Assembly: GCA_002469895.1 (NCBI GenBank)
Contig: DKOA01000046.1
Coordinates: forward strand, 19,129-83,128
Direction of reading: 5' to 3'
Origin: Opitutia bacterium UBA7374
GTDB lineage: Bacteria; Verrucomicrobiota; Verrucomicrobiia; Opitutales; Coraliomargaritaceae
DNA length: 64,000 nucleotides
Part shown: positions 49,093-59,365 of the stretch, one piece after another
Numbering within the stretch: the first letter of the stretch is position 1
Layout of the letters: each line of letters begins with the position of its first letter
The notes under the pieces: model-generated
What the model was told of the DNA's origin: nothing
Databases searched by the model: none
What the model saw: only the letters and a program-made list of their open reading frames with translations
Program-made: the position numbers and the translations under genes

Positions 49093-49731
49093 ATGATGAA
49101 ATTACCTAAAACCGACTTCTTTTTCCGGCTGGCTGGTTTGGTCAGCTTGTTTCTTTTCCTCAGCGCGCCGATGGAGGCGCGGATTGGAGAAAGCCAAGAA
49201 TCGATTGAGCGCCGTTTGCTTGCCTCCGGAGGCATTGTTTACCGCGACGATCAGGTTAAGTCGAACCGCAGCCGTGGCCTGCCCTACCGGAAATATTTGG
49301 ACTTCCTACCGGAAGAGACTGAAGTGCGTATTTACTTTAAGTCTTCTGATGGACGTAAGCCAAAATCATCTGATATGGAGGAGAGTAACATGTCTTCGGG
49401 TTGGGATATACATGTTCTCTATGTCCGGGGTAAGTCGGTTCTCGAAGTGTACAAACGGAGTCAGTCGATGACTGATCCCGAGCTGAATCTTTTACTGACG
49501 CTCTTGGGGCAGGGCTCTTACTGGAAAAAGGTTAAGCCGAACCCCGAAGATACAGAAAGCCCGCCGTCGGCCTTTGGTTATACCATGTTGCGTTCTGACG
49601 GCATGGTGCGGGGCAAAAGTCTGGGAAGCGATCGGCTAATGGTTTTTGATGTGGCCTTTGATGTCGGGCTGGCTGAAATGGAGATAGCCGACGACTTGGA
49701 ACGGGCGCCAGAGAGCGTCAACGGGTTCTAG
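49093..49731 (+). CDS. secreted hypothetical protein
   Basis: Signal peptide [17 protein letters not shown]. No family recognised. Confidence 0.6.
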   Translation: MMKLPKTDFFFRLAGLVSLFLFLSAPMEARIGESQESIERRLLASGGIVYRDDQVKSNRSRGLPYRKYLDFLPEETEVRIYFKSSDGRKPKSSDMEESNMSSGWDIHVLYVRGKSVLEVYKRSQSMTDPELNLLLTLLGQGSYWKKVKPNPEDTESPPSAFGYTMLRSDGMVRGKSLGSDRLMVFDVAFDVGLAEMEIADDLERAPESVNGF

Positions 49732-49818
49732 TCTGGCGCTTCGTTAACTTTTTGCCTTTGCCGGTTGAAAAATGGGCTTTCGGCGACTGTCTTAGTAAAG
49801 TAGATAACAGATCAAATT

Positions 49819-51303
49819 ATGGCAAAAGATTGGCTAGCAGGAATAGAAGATACATACGATGTGGTCGTCATTGGTTCTGGCTTAGGCGGACTGACCGGCG
49901 CGAATTATCTGGCAAAGAACGGGCACAAGGTGTTGCTGCTGGAGCATCATTATCAGTTTGGTGGACTGGCGACTTGGTTTAAGCGCCCAGGGAGTCATGT
50001 CTTTGATATTTCACTGCATGGCTTTCCCTACGGCATGGTTAAGTCCTGCCGGAAGTATTGGACGCGGGAGATAGCGGACTCGATACACCAGCTCAAGGAT
50101 GTACGCTTCATTAACCCGCAGATGAATGTGTGGACGACTTTTGATCGTGATGATTTTACGCGTATTCTAGTAGAGGATTTTAAGGTGGATCGCGATCGAG
50201 TGGAGGCCTTTTACGTGCATCTCCGGCAGATGAACTTCTATGACGACAATACCCAGACGACGGGCGAGATGTTTGAGGAGTTCTTCCCCGGACGGACGGA
50301 TGTGCACCGCTTATTGATGGAGCCAATTTCTTATGCCAATGGCTCGCACGTGAATGATCCGGCGATTACCTATGGGATTGTCTTCTCCAACTTTATGAGC
50401 AAGGGGGTATTCACCTTTCAGGGCGGTACGGACACCTTGGTCAAAAAGATGGTCGCTGAATTGCAAAAGAATGGCTGTGAGGTGCGTAAGTGTGCTCTGG
50501 TTGAGGGAATAGATGTGGAGGACGGTCGCGTCACCGGGGTTCGTGTACGGAGTCAAAATACAGGGGGCGAAGAATTTCCTCTGCGCACGGTGCGGTGCAA
50601 GGCGGTTCTTTCGAATGCCAACTTGCGCAGTACAATTGAACACATGGTGGGTGAGTCGAAGTTTGCCGGGGACTTTATGAAGGAGGCCCGTGCGGTTCGT
50701 AACAATACGAGTTCCTGCCAAGTCTACATGGGTATTCGCAAAGGGGAAAGCATCCCGAATATCGGTGATCTGGTATTTACCTCGAAAGCCCCCGAGTATA
50801 GCATTGATGAATTGACATCGATCCAGACATCGAGCCACACCTTCTCCCTCTATTACCCGGAAACACGACCCCATCTGAAGGAGCCCCGCTATGCGGTGGT
50901 CGCTTCGCTGAACGCTCGGTGGGACGAGTGGAATTCACTGGACGAGGAAGCCTATGCGAGGGAAAAGCAGCGTTTGTGTGACGAATGCATAGCCAGCTTG
51001 GAAACTTTTATTCCCGGCGTGCGGGATAAGATCGACCATATAGAGGCAGCGACTCCTCGGACGGTCAATCGCTACACTCGCTCCATGCAAGGCACTTCAT
51101 TTGGGACAAAGTTTGAAGGCTTAAAAATCTCGATGGAACTCCCTCAGCAGGTGGGTGGGCTTTTTCATGCTGGTTCGGTTGGCATCATTATGTCCGGTTG
51201 GCTGGGTACGATGAATTACGGGGTTATCGTGGCAAATAAGCTGGACAAGTGGCTCTATGAGCAGGCACGTCCGGCGACGGTCAGTACGGTTCACGCGGAG
51301 TAA
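49819..51303 (+). CDS. NAD(P)/FAD-dependent oxidoreductase (phytoene-desaturase-like fold)
   Basis: Dinucleotide-binding motif [30 protein letters not shown] in a 494-aa protein. Confidence 0.8.
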   Translation: MAKDWLAGIEDTYDVVVIGSGLGGLTGANYLAKNGHKVLLLEHHYQFGGLATWFKRPGSHVFDISLHGFPYGMVKSCRKYWTREIADSIHQLKDVRFINPQMNVWTTFDRDDFTRILVEDFKVDRDRVEAFYVHLRQMNFYDDNTQTTGEMFEEFFPGRTDVHRLLMEPISYANGSHVNDPAITYGIVFSNFMSKGVFTFQGGTDTLVKKMVAELQKNGCEVRKCALVEGIDVEDGRVTGVRVRSQNTGGEEFPLRTVRCKAVLSNANLRSTIEHMVGESKFAGDFMKEARAVRNNTSSCQVYMGIRKGESIPNIGDLVFTSKAPEYSIDELTSIQTSSHTFSLYYPETRPHLKEPRYAVVASLNARWDEWNSLDEEAYAREKQRLCDECIASLETFIPGVRDKIDHIEAATPRTVNRYTRSMQGTSFGTKFEGLKISMELPQQVGGLFHAGSVGIIMSGWLGTMNYGVIVANKLDKWLYEQARPATVSTVHAE

Positions 51304-51344
51304 GCATTTGGGCTTCCGCATGGGCCCATCTATATGTCAGCGAT

Positions 51345-52727
51345 CTAGGTGCTTGCATTCGTTGCGGAGGCGGCTTTTTTGATCGCTCTCTGTCCGCGTA
51401 TGATACGATATTTACCTTTGAAGAAACGGGTAAAGTCGCGCAGTTGCTGTTCCTCCGGCTTTGACATGGGTTCGTCTTCGGCGAGAAAGAGAACGATATT
51501 GATAGAGGGTGCAGTTTTGTTGAATTGGCCGTAGAGCTCATCATTCACTTTCCTAAAGTAGGCGGCCGTCTCTTTTGGAGCGATATCCGGATAGGGGCGA
51601 TGTCCGGGGTGTGGTGTCTCCCAGCGCAAGCCAAGGTCGTTGACTTGTGAATAGATTCCGTGCCGGCTATTGAGGACTCTATCCGGCATGCCACTAGCTC
51701 GGCGTTTTTTATTCTCCTCAGCGAGCGTGTAGCGGATGCGTTTCTGCATTTCGACTTTTTCAAGATTATGTGCCGCCAGTTCTTTTTGGTATTTTGGAGC
51801 ACTAATGACTTTTTGCCAATCGGCCTCTTCTGCGGGAGTCATTTTACGGCGTAGTCGCTCAAAGCCTTTGTGATATCCGGCAATGTGGAAAATCGCATCG
51901 ACCCCTTGTTCGAGGGCGTACTGCGTGAGGAATCCGGTCTCATTACCAAGGAAATTGTCGTTTTGGGTAATTGTTGAGTGAACCAGCTCATTCTGCAGAG
52001 TTTTCAGTTTTGGTACGGTGGCCCGGGATTTGCTCTCCAGTCCGGTACGCGATGTGTTGGCATTGACCGGAGCTAACCATTTGAGCAATTCAGCATGCAC
52101 TTCATTGCCAGCAGTTACCAGCTTGGGCTTGAAGAGAAGGGTTTCTTTTCGGTCATGCAGGAGCACATTAAAAAGTGTACCGGCTGAGAGATTTCCAACC
52201 ATGCTGGTGATCTCGTTTTTAATTACTCGGTAACTGTTGAGCCCGCCTTTAGCATCCGTTATCATCTGCTTGTTTGTATCAATAACGAACAGGATGCGTT
52301 CTGCTTTTGTTTTTAAGCCAAATACATTGACGCTGGACATGCCGAAATCGATTCCTCCTCGTGCACCTCCGAGAAGACTACCGCCACTGATGTTGCCAAC
52401 ACCTCCGCTGACAGTGAAGCTGTCACTCATCGAGGGTAGGTTCACATCCAAGTCGGCCACGGCGATATTACCTACCTGGCGAAGGCTGAGTTTCTGCATC
52501 GGCTGATTTTGCTGGGCAGGTGGCTTGATCTCGATCTTTACCTCTTTGGGCGGTTCCTGCTCCTCCATTACGGGCGGCTCTTCAAACTGCGCGTCTTCTT
52601 TGATTACATTGGTAGCGATCGTCACCACGCCTGCAATAAACCCGGCCACTACATGCAAGAGCACGCTGATTACGATGACCTTCATCAGCATAGGGTTGAT
52701 CTTAGACTTACGAGTTTTCGTTATCAT
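51345..52727 (-). CDS. TonB-like membrane anchor plus Pro/Glu-rich spacer fused to a vWA-like domain with degenerate MIDAS
   Basis: N-terminal TM helix with an S-x3-H pattern (VISVLLHVVAG) and spacer EEPPVMEEQEPPKEVKIEIKPPAQQNQP. The following ILFVIDTNKQM ... LFNVLLHD ... resembles a vWA beta1/MIDAS region lacking DxSxS. It is the last gene of the ExbBD cluster. Confidence 0.55.
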   Translation of the reverse strand: MITKTRKSKINPMLMKVIVISVLLHVVAGFIAGVVTIATNVIKEDAQFEEPPVMEEQEPPKEVKIEIKPPAQQNQPMQKLSLRQVGNIAVADLDVNLPSMSDSFTVSGGVGNISGGSLLGGARGGIDFGMSSVNVFGLKTKAERILFVIDTNKQMITDAKGGLNSYRVIKNEITSMVGNLSAGTLFNVLLHDRKETLLFKPKLVTAGNEVHAELLKWLAPVNANTSRTGLESKSRATVPKLKTLQNELVHSTITQNDNFLGNETGFLTQYALEQGVDAIFHIAGYHKGFERLRRKMTPAEEADWQKVISAPKYQKELAAHNLEKVEMQKRIRYTLAEENKKRRASGMPDRVLNSRHGIYSQVNDLGLRWETPHPGHRPYPDIAPKETAAYFRKVNDELYGQFNKTAPSINIVLFLAEDEPMSKPEEQQLRDFTRFFKGKYRIIRGQRAIKKAASATNAST

Positions 52728-52747
52728 GACTCTGCAGTAGAAGCGGC

Positions 52748-53182
<435 letters not shown>

Positions 53183-53184
53183 GC

Positions 53185-53589
53185 CTAGTCTTGCGAGGAT
53201 GCAAAGATGAGATCATAGATGCCCGCTTTGGCGCAAGAATCCATGACCATGTTAATATAGCGGTGCTGGGCGACTCCATCGGCGCGAAGGTAGAGCTTCA
53301 GTGTGGGCACTTTTTGTTTCATCGCCGCTAAGACGCCAGGCAGCGTGTCATATTCGACGCGTGCCGCTCCAATATAGAGATCACCGTCTTTAGTGACTGA
53401 GATATACTGACGTTCGCCGGCATCTTCCGGTATAGAGGCTTGCTCTGCGGAGGGCAACTCGAGCTTAATAAGCTCTGCACTGATGAAACTCATCAAAGTC
53501 ATAAAGAAAGCGATGAGAAGGAAAACGACGTCGATCATCGGAGTTAGTTCAAACTCCGGATCAGCCTCGTCTGGGGACCATATTTTCAT
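53185..53589 (-). CDS. exbD: ExbD/TolR family protein (paralog 1)
   Basis: LTPMIDVVFLLIAFFM TM motif. Confidence 0.85.
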   Translation of the reverse strand: MKIWSPDEADPEFELTPMIDVVFLLIAFFMTLMSFISAELIKLELPSAEQASIPEDAGERQYISVTKDGDLYIGAARVEYDTLPGVLAAMKQKVPTLKLYLRADGVAQHRYINMVMDSCAKAGIYDLIFASSQD

Positions 53590-53609
53590 GGTGTGTAGGG
53601 CTGCGGCTG

Positions 53610-54383
53610 CTATTGTTTCTTAGCAGCGGTGCCAAGAGTGAATTCAAGATCACCGACTACACGGGCTACGCGTGAAGTGATCTTGCCGTACCGGTTCTTG
53701 AAAAAGAAGAAGAAGAACATAGCAGGGATACCGACAATCATTCCGGATGCGGTGGTAATGAGTGCTTCGGAGATATTCCCCGCGAGCGCTTGGGCACTGC
53801 CGGCACCCTCGGCTTCAATCACATTGAAAGCCTTGACCATACCGGAAACGGTACCGAGCAGTCCAATCATAGGGGCGAGTGATCCGATAACGGAGAGGTA
53901 GTTAATCAAGATGAAGGGCCCCGCCAGTTCTTCGGAGGAGGCTTCCTCGATGGCTTCTTTGACCGGTTCCGGGTCATAGCTGTCGGTATTCACACGATTC
54001 AATCCGGCGGCTATGATATTGGTCGCTGGTGAAGGTGACTCGGCGCAGATTGATTTAGCTTTTTCTATGTCGAGAGTTTCCAGTGCTGAATCAATTTCTC
54101 CGGTCGCTTCCGGATTCAAAATCAGCTGCGGGCGGATCGCCATAAAGTTGTAGATAATCAGGCCGAACCCGGCAATCGAGAAGAGGGTCAGGGGGTACAT
54201 GGCCCATCCGCCAGTTTTGTACTGGTCGATTAGTGTTTTCTTTGGCGGAAGTGCTTCTTCCTCGCTTACGGAGACCTCAGACTCCTGCGCTTGGAGGTTT
54301 TGGCCTGTCAACCAGAGGCTGGCACAAGTGATAAGGCCGATCATGAAGTAGGTCGGCAGAGTACGTATATTAGTTGCTTTCAT
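53610..54383 (-). CDS. exbB: MotA/TolQ/ExbB proton-channel protein
   Basis: GLLGTVSGMVKAF and ALITTASGMIVGIPA motifs. Confidence 0.85.
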   Translation of the reverse strand: MKATNIRTLPTYFMIGLITCASLWLTGQNLQAQESEVSVSEEEALPPKKTLIDQYKTGGWAMYPLTLFSIAGFGLIIYNFMAIRPQLILNPEATGEIDSALETLDIEKAKSICAESPSPATNIIAAGLNRVNTDSYDPEPVKEAIEEASSEELAGPFILINYLSVIGSLAPMIGLLGTVSGMVKAFNVIEAEGAGSAQALAGNISEALITTASGMIVGIPAMFFFFFFKNRYGKITSRVARVVGDLEFTLGTAAKKQ

Positions 54384-54417
54384 GGGTGGTAAGTATGCGT
54401 AAAGTTAGTTTTATGGG

Positions 54418-55581
54418 TTATTCGTCTAGAGTTTCGGGTTTTGGTAAGGCGTCAATCGCTGCAGAGGCTGACTGATACCAGCTCGATTCCGGATAAAGTA
54501 GTGTGATTTCTGACCAAACATTGCGGGCAGCCATCGGATCTTCCGCGCGGGCGTAGCAGTCCCCAATTCGGTAGAGCATTTCCGGCACCCAAGAATAAGA
54601 TGTTTGGGCCCGCACAAAACCGCGCGTAAGCGTGTCTAAAGCCTGCATGTAGTCGCCCTTGCGGTAGGCACGCGAGCCCTCCAGCAATTTATAGAGCGAG
54701 AAAAGCTCCTCTGAAGGGCTGGGCTCTTCCAAGGAATCCATCAGGACGGTGCCTTCTTCCACACGGTCGGCTAGTACGAGGCTGTAGGCCAACCATAAGT
54801 CGACCTGCTCCTTTTCTTCAAAGGAGGTATTCGGGCGAATGGCCTGATAGATTGGGATCACATCCTCGTAGAAGCCGGCACTGCGGATTTGGTCGGCTGC
54901 TTCAAGTGTCGGCTGGATGTTGCTCTCGTAGCCTACTTCGAAGGGTAGTCTTTGGGCGACTCTAGCGGAGGCAGCCGGCTCATTGGCAAGAAGGTAGGCG
55001 TTCATCAATCGTACAGCAGAATTGCTGTAGTTGATATCGACCGCACTTAGTTTGATGCGCTTAAATAAATCTTCCGCTTCGGCGTATTCCCCGGCGTTGA
55101 CCAGCGTGTCGAGCAACTTTCTCACTGGAGTGTGAAGGTCGACGAAGATGGACGGTAGTTGATTGTATTTTACCAAGGGGTAAATGTCCGGTCGAAGCAG
55201 TTGCAACGCGCCTTCGAAGTTGCCCTGGTCGAGCATAAGATCGGCCTGCACGCGATTCTTCAGGTTGAAGGTGAGCGTTTGCGCCATGTTCTCGCTGACC
55301 GGCAGTGAAATCTCCGCGGTCGTGGTTGTCCCGTCCGGGTTTTTCAAGACAAGCTCGGCTTGCAGCATGTTATCCGCATATCCAATAAACTTTAAGATCT
55401 GTTTACGCCCGTTATTATTTTGTTCAACGTAGACCGGTTGATTGGCGTGCTCCTGCCAATGAACGTTATCCGCATAGCCGGACTGTATGCCGGTGGCGGT
55501 AACTAGTCCACAGAGTAGGGTGGGGACAGAGAACAGTTGTCGGCAGATGTTTTCCGTAAAACTATTTTGAAGCAGGTTCAT
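54418..55581 (-). CDS. periplasmic hypothetical protein (TPR-like C-terminal half)
   Basis: N-terminal hydrophobic signal and helical-repeat-like C-terminus (YRKGDYMQALDTL, IGDCYARAEDPMAARNVW). Co-oriented within the ExbBD cluster. Confidence 0.6.
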   Translation of the reverse strand: MNLLQNSFTENICRQLFSVPTLLCGLVTATGIQSGYADNVHWQEHANQPVYVEQNNNGRKQILKFIGYADNMLQAELVLKNPDGTTTTAEISLPVSENMAQTLTFNLKNRVQADLMLDQGNFEGALQLLRPDIYPLVKYNQLPSIFVDLHTPVRKLLDTLVNAGEYAEAEDLFKRIKLSAVDINYSNSAVRLMNAYLLANEPAASARVAQRLPFEVGYESNIQPTLEAADQIRSAGFYEDVIPIYQAIRPNTSFEEKEQVDLWLAYSLVLADRVEEGTVLMDSLEEPSPSEELFSLYKLLEGSRAYRKGDYMQALDTLTRGFVRAQTSYSWVPEMLYRIGDCYARAEDPMAARNVWSEITLLYPESSWYQSASAAIDALPKPETLDE

Positions 55582-55593
55582 ATCGATAAATAG

Positions 55594-58593
55594 TTAGATC
55601 TTTGTGCGTTTTTCGATAAGCGCTTGGTAGAGTTCACTGGGGGCTGATTCTTTGAGTTCAGCAATCGCTTCGTCCAGTGTGCCAGCAGCCCCTTCGGAGT
55701 CACCCATTTTCAAGAGTGCTTCCGCATCAGCCAGATAAGCCTGGGCAGACCATTCTGTAAAATTGGCATAACCGAGGAAGGTGCGCTCGAAGAAGCCGTG
55801 TGCGGCCGGATAGTCTGCATCGGCCATGTAAGATTGGCCGGTTTGGTATAGTGCGCGGGCATGCAGAATACCACGCCAGTCGGGCACACGCAAAATGTAC
55901 TGGTATTTCTCGCGCGCTTCGTTCGTGCGATCCAGACGAGTCAGCAATTCTCCTTGGCGGAGATTGACCAGTGGAAACTGGGGTGACCAGGGGAAGGCAT
56001 CCGCTGCCGCAGTTAAGTTGGCCAGCGCATCTTCATAGCGCTCTGCGGTCTCGTGGTAATCAGCTAAGCGCAGATAGGCAACAATGGCCGCGTCATCTCT
56101 GGGGAAGCGCTCGAGTAGGATGTTCCAAGCTTCGACGGAGCGATCAATATTCTCCCCCCGGTAGTAGTCAGCAACATAGAGGACCAGTCTCGGGCTGATC
56201 GTCTTGATGAAATCGTTCGTGTATGGGCTGGTTGGGTGCTCCACAATATCACTGCGATAGAGGCCCATGCGCATCCGGGTCGAGGCGACCTCCATCTCTT
56301 TCGATGCATATTCCAGCAACTGTGAGCGAAAGAAAGTCTCGGGTGTGTCCTTGGGGTATTTGGCCAATTGTTCTCTGTAAATGTTACTTATTGGCTCAAT
56401 CGGGGAAAGGTCCTCCATCAACTCCAAGTTAAAAGCGGGATTTTTGCGCAGGTCATTGTATAAATTCTGAATAATATCGGGATTGTTGTAGAACTCCTCA
56501 AAGAGGGCACCGCGGTCAGTGATCATGAGCTTCCGGAATTCCAGATCATCCCGCATTTGATCCAGAAATGCAGAGGTACGCTCTAATTCACGCAGATTGC
56601 TTTCGTATTTCTCAGCGTAGGCTTCGATTAGGGCATCCGCACCGTGATTCGCCGGGTCATTGGCAAAGCGAATAATGCTCCTGCGGTAGAGCGCGAGCAT
56701 TTCGGTAGGCTGGTTCAACAATTCATAGGCGCGACCTATCTGAAGCAATGCCTCACTAATCAGCCCGCGTGTATCAAAGCGTTCGGTATAGGCAATAAAG
56801 TGGTCGAGCATCTCTTGATAGCGCTGCATCGACTCGAGCAATTCGCCGATTCGGAAGGCCACACCATCGTGGACGCTTTGTGCCTCCGTTAACGCATCCG
56901 CCTTTTTGAAATAGTCGATCGCCAGCGCCAAGTAGCCATCCAGACTCTCGACTTCGCCAAGGAAATAGTAGGCTTGGTCAATAGACACGCCATCCGGATA
57001 TTTTTGCGTGTAGCTGGTTAAGGTTTCACGAGCCGGTGCTACCTCCTGTTCATAGAAGTGGCAGATGCCTTTTCGGAGGGTTGCATCCGGTGTGTAGGCG
57101 CTGAAAGGAAACTCCCCCAACAAGCTGGCAAAGCTGGTTACGGCATCGCCGTAAGCCGCGAGTTGTAGGTGAGCCATGCCCGACCAGTAGTAGAGGCCAT
57201 CTTTAAAGACCGGATTCTTATGCATCTGCTGCCAAGCAGCGCATTGATCGATCACTTCTTGCTGTCGCCCTTCTTCTAAGAGGCGGGCCGCCCAGGTCGT
57301 GATAAATTTAGCGGAAAATGCATCGTCCGGGAATCGGTCGAGAAAGTCCCTAATCAGGGCAAGCATCTCCTCAAAGGCTTCTGTTTCTTCCAACGTATCT
57401 ACCATGCCCGACGACACATCAGAGTAATAATCCCCATTCGGGTATTGCGCACGATAAGCGTGTCCCAATTCCAGTGCGGTTTCGTACTTTTTAATTTTCA
57501 GTGCTCCGGAGAAGCTTGCGTAGTGGTAAAATTCAGCGCGTTGATGATCCGGATTTTCCTCATAGAGATCATAAAACATCCAGAAAGATTCAAAGGGCCG
57601 ATTTGTCTTGGTGAAATTCCTCGCTCTGCGTACCAGCAGGTCATTGCGCAGACGCGGAAGGTCTCCGAGAACTGTAAGCCGCTCTTCAATCGTGAGGATT
57701 TCCTGTTTCAGTTCCGAGATCCGGTCATTTGATCCACCGATCATTTCCAAGCGCTTGAGCACGCTGGTCTTGGCATCGCGTTGCTCTTTGTTGTAGGCGA
57801 TCATCATGTCAGTCGTTTTGATCAGGTTCAGCACGAGGGCTGCCTCGCTATAACGACCGTTATCGACCATCTTATCGCTCGCCTTGAGGAGGGCCACATT
57901 AAGCCTCGGCAGGTAGCGTACATTCGATTCTTTTGCGAGCTTGGGTAACAGCAGCACGGCCTGGTCGAGTTCCTTGCTTTCGATTAATCCCTCGAAGCTG
58001 GCGGCTGCACCCAGCGCCCGGTCATCCACGGTTAGCCCCGAGTTTGCCAACTTATTAAAATAAGCCACACCCTCCTTTAGTTTGCCTGTACCATAGTACA
58101 TCTGGCAGATGTCTTTGAGGAGTTTGTTCTCTTCAGAGGCAGAAAGAGTGATATTCTGCTTCCCGTTGAGGATGTCTTGCAGGAGCGCCAGCGCTTCAAT
58201 TCGGTTCTTTAATGCGCGGAGGACGTCGACTTTTTTGAGCAGTGTCAGCTTACGATTGCGCGAATCCGGATACTCATTGAGCAAACGGTCAAACCAGGTA
58301 ATGGTCGTACTTAGCTGACTTGTATCACCGGTGTCTGCAAAGAGTTGAATGTGGCCGACCCCAAGCAGAAAATAAGCGAAGTCGAGAGGGACATCGGACG
58401 TGCCGGTACTTTGGATCCGGCTAACCAGTTCCTCAAGTACGGGAATGGCCTCCTTCAAACGACCAGCCGAGGCGAGCGCACTCGCTTGTTCTTTTAGGTC
58501 GGAGAATGCCGCTTGATCCACGTCCGGCGCCTGTGCACTGACCAGATTACAGGCAGCCAGTGAAAATAGTAGGTAGCAATAAAGTTTTTTCAT
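55594..58593 (-). CDS. large secreted TPR-repeat protein (999 aa)
   Basis: Signal peptide MKKLYCYLLFSLAACNLVSAQA, with many A/Y/L-patterned 34-aa-like repeats throughout. Confidence 0.75.
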   Translation of the reverse strand: MKKLYCYLLFSLAACNLVSAQAPDVDQAAFSDLKEQASALASAGRLKEAIPVLEELVSRIQSTGTSDVPLDFAYFLLGVGHIQLFADTGDTSQLSTTITWFDRLLNEYPDSRNRKLTLLKKVDVLRALKNRIEALALLQDILNGKQNITLSASEENKLLKDICQMYYGTGKLKEGVAYFNKLANSGLTVDDRALGAAASFEGLIESKELDQAVLLLPKLAKESNVRYLPRLNVALLKASDKMVDNGRYSEAALVLNLIKTTDMMIAYNKEQRDAKTSVLKRLEMIGGSNDRISELKQEILTIEERLTVLGDLPRLRNDLLVRRARNFTKTNRPFESFWMFYDLYEENPDHQRAEFYHYASFSGALKIKKYETALELGHAYRAQYPNGDYYSDVSSGMVDTLEETEAFEEMLALIRDFLDRFPDDAFSAKFITTWAARLLEEGRQQEVIDQCAAWQQMHKNPVFKDGLYYWSGMAHLQLAAYGDAVTSFASLLGEFPFSAYTPDATLRKGICHFYEQEVAPARETLTSYTQKYPDGVSIDQAYYFLGEVESLDGYLALAIDYFKKADALTEAQSVHDGVAFRIGELLESMQRYQEMLDHFIAYTERFDTRGLISEALLQIGRAYELLNQPTEMLALYRRSIIRFANDPANHGADALIEAYAEKYESNLRELERTSAFLDQMRDDLEFRKLMITDRGALFEEFYNNPDIIQNLYNDLRKNPAFNLELMEDLSPIEPISNIYREQLAKYPKDTPETFFRSQLLEYASKEMEVASTRMRMGLYRSDIVEHPTSPYTNDFIKTISPRLVLYVADYYRGENIDRSVEAWNILLERFPRDDAAIVAYLRLADYHETAERYEDALANLTAAADAFPWSPQFPLVNLRQGELLTRLDRTNEAREKYQYILRVPDWRGILHARALYQTGQSYMADADYPAAHGFFERTFLGYANFTEWSAQAYLADAEALLKMGDSEGAAGTLDEAIAELKESAPSELYQALIEKRTKI

Positions 58594-58781
58594 CGGGGTG
58601 AGCTTGGGTTAGCTACTACGAAGAACTCGAAAACATCTTACACTGGCCGTTGTCTGTAAAGAAGATTTCAAGAGATTCGTCCGACAAGATGCCTATTTTA
58701 CCAGTTCTGTAATTCAAAACCACCTTCTTTGCAGCCGAGACTTGCCTGATTGATACGGCCTGCCTTACTCAGAATTGTCCT

Positions 58782-59348
58782 ATGTCCGCTTTCTCGAATC
58801 TACACGCCATAGCAACTTTCTGGTATCGGCCGATCCAGACAGTGCGAGGGTTGGTTAAACAGGGGCAGGGGCACGCCGTCGCTTGTGCCAACGCGGGCCT
58901 TTTAGGTATGGTGACTTCTCTTCGTTTCTGCCTGGGCAGTGCCGAGGGTGCGGCAGCAATGTTCTATTGGCTTCCCGCGGGGTTTTTGGGTGGTTTAGGG
59001 ATCCTTTACTTTCTGGCTTTGTTGGTGCGCAATTTTGGCCGATGGCTGGGTGGTCATGCCCGCCTGCAGGCTATTCGTACCGCACTGGGTATGGCTTGCC
59101 TGCCCTGGTTACTCCTCTGTTGCCTGCTCACCGCTTCGCTCTTTTCGGGAATGGATGCCGCGGCCGTTGCTAGCTTTTGGCCGGTTTTTTTCGTACTCTT
59201 CATCTATAGCTATGTGCTGCTTTTATTGTCTGTGATGACTGTTCTTGGCATCGGTGCCCTTCGTACGACGCTGACGCTTGCGATTAGTTTTGTTGTCGCT
59301 TTCTTTCTCCTATCGGCCATCGCAAGAGTCTTTTTCAGCCCGGTCTAA
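58782..59348 (+). CDS. Yip1-like integral membrane protein (tentative)
   Basis: 188 aa with a soluble N-terminal segment followed by four or five TM helices. Family assignment rests on architecture only. Confidence 0.5.
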   Translation: MSAFSNLHAIATFWYRPIQTVRGLVKQGQGHAVACANAGLLGMVTSLRFCLGSAEGAAAMFYWLPAGFLGGLGILYFLALLVRNFGRWLGGHARLQAIRTALGMACLPWLLLCCLLTASLFSGMDAAAVASFWPVFFVLFIYSYVLLLLSVMTVLGIGALRTTLTLAISFVVAFFLLSAIARVFFSPV

Positions 59349-59365
59349 ACTGAATTAGTAAAACT

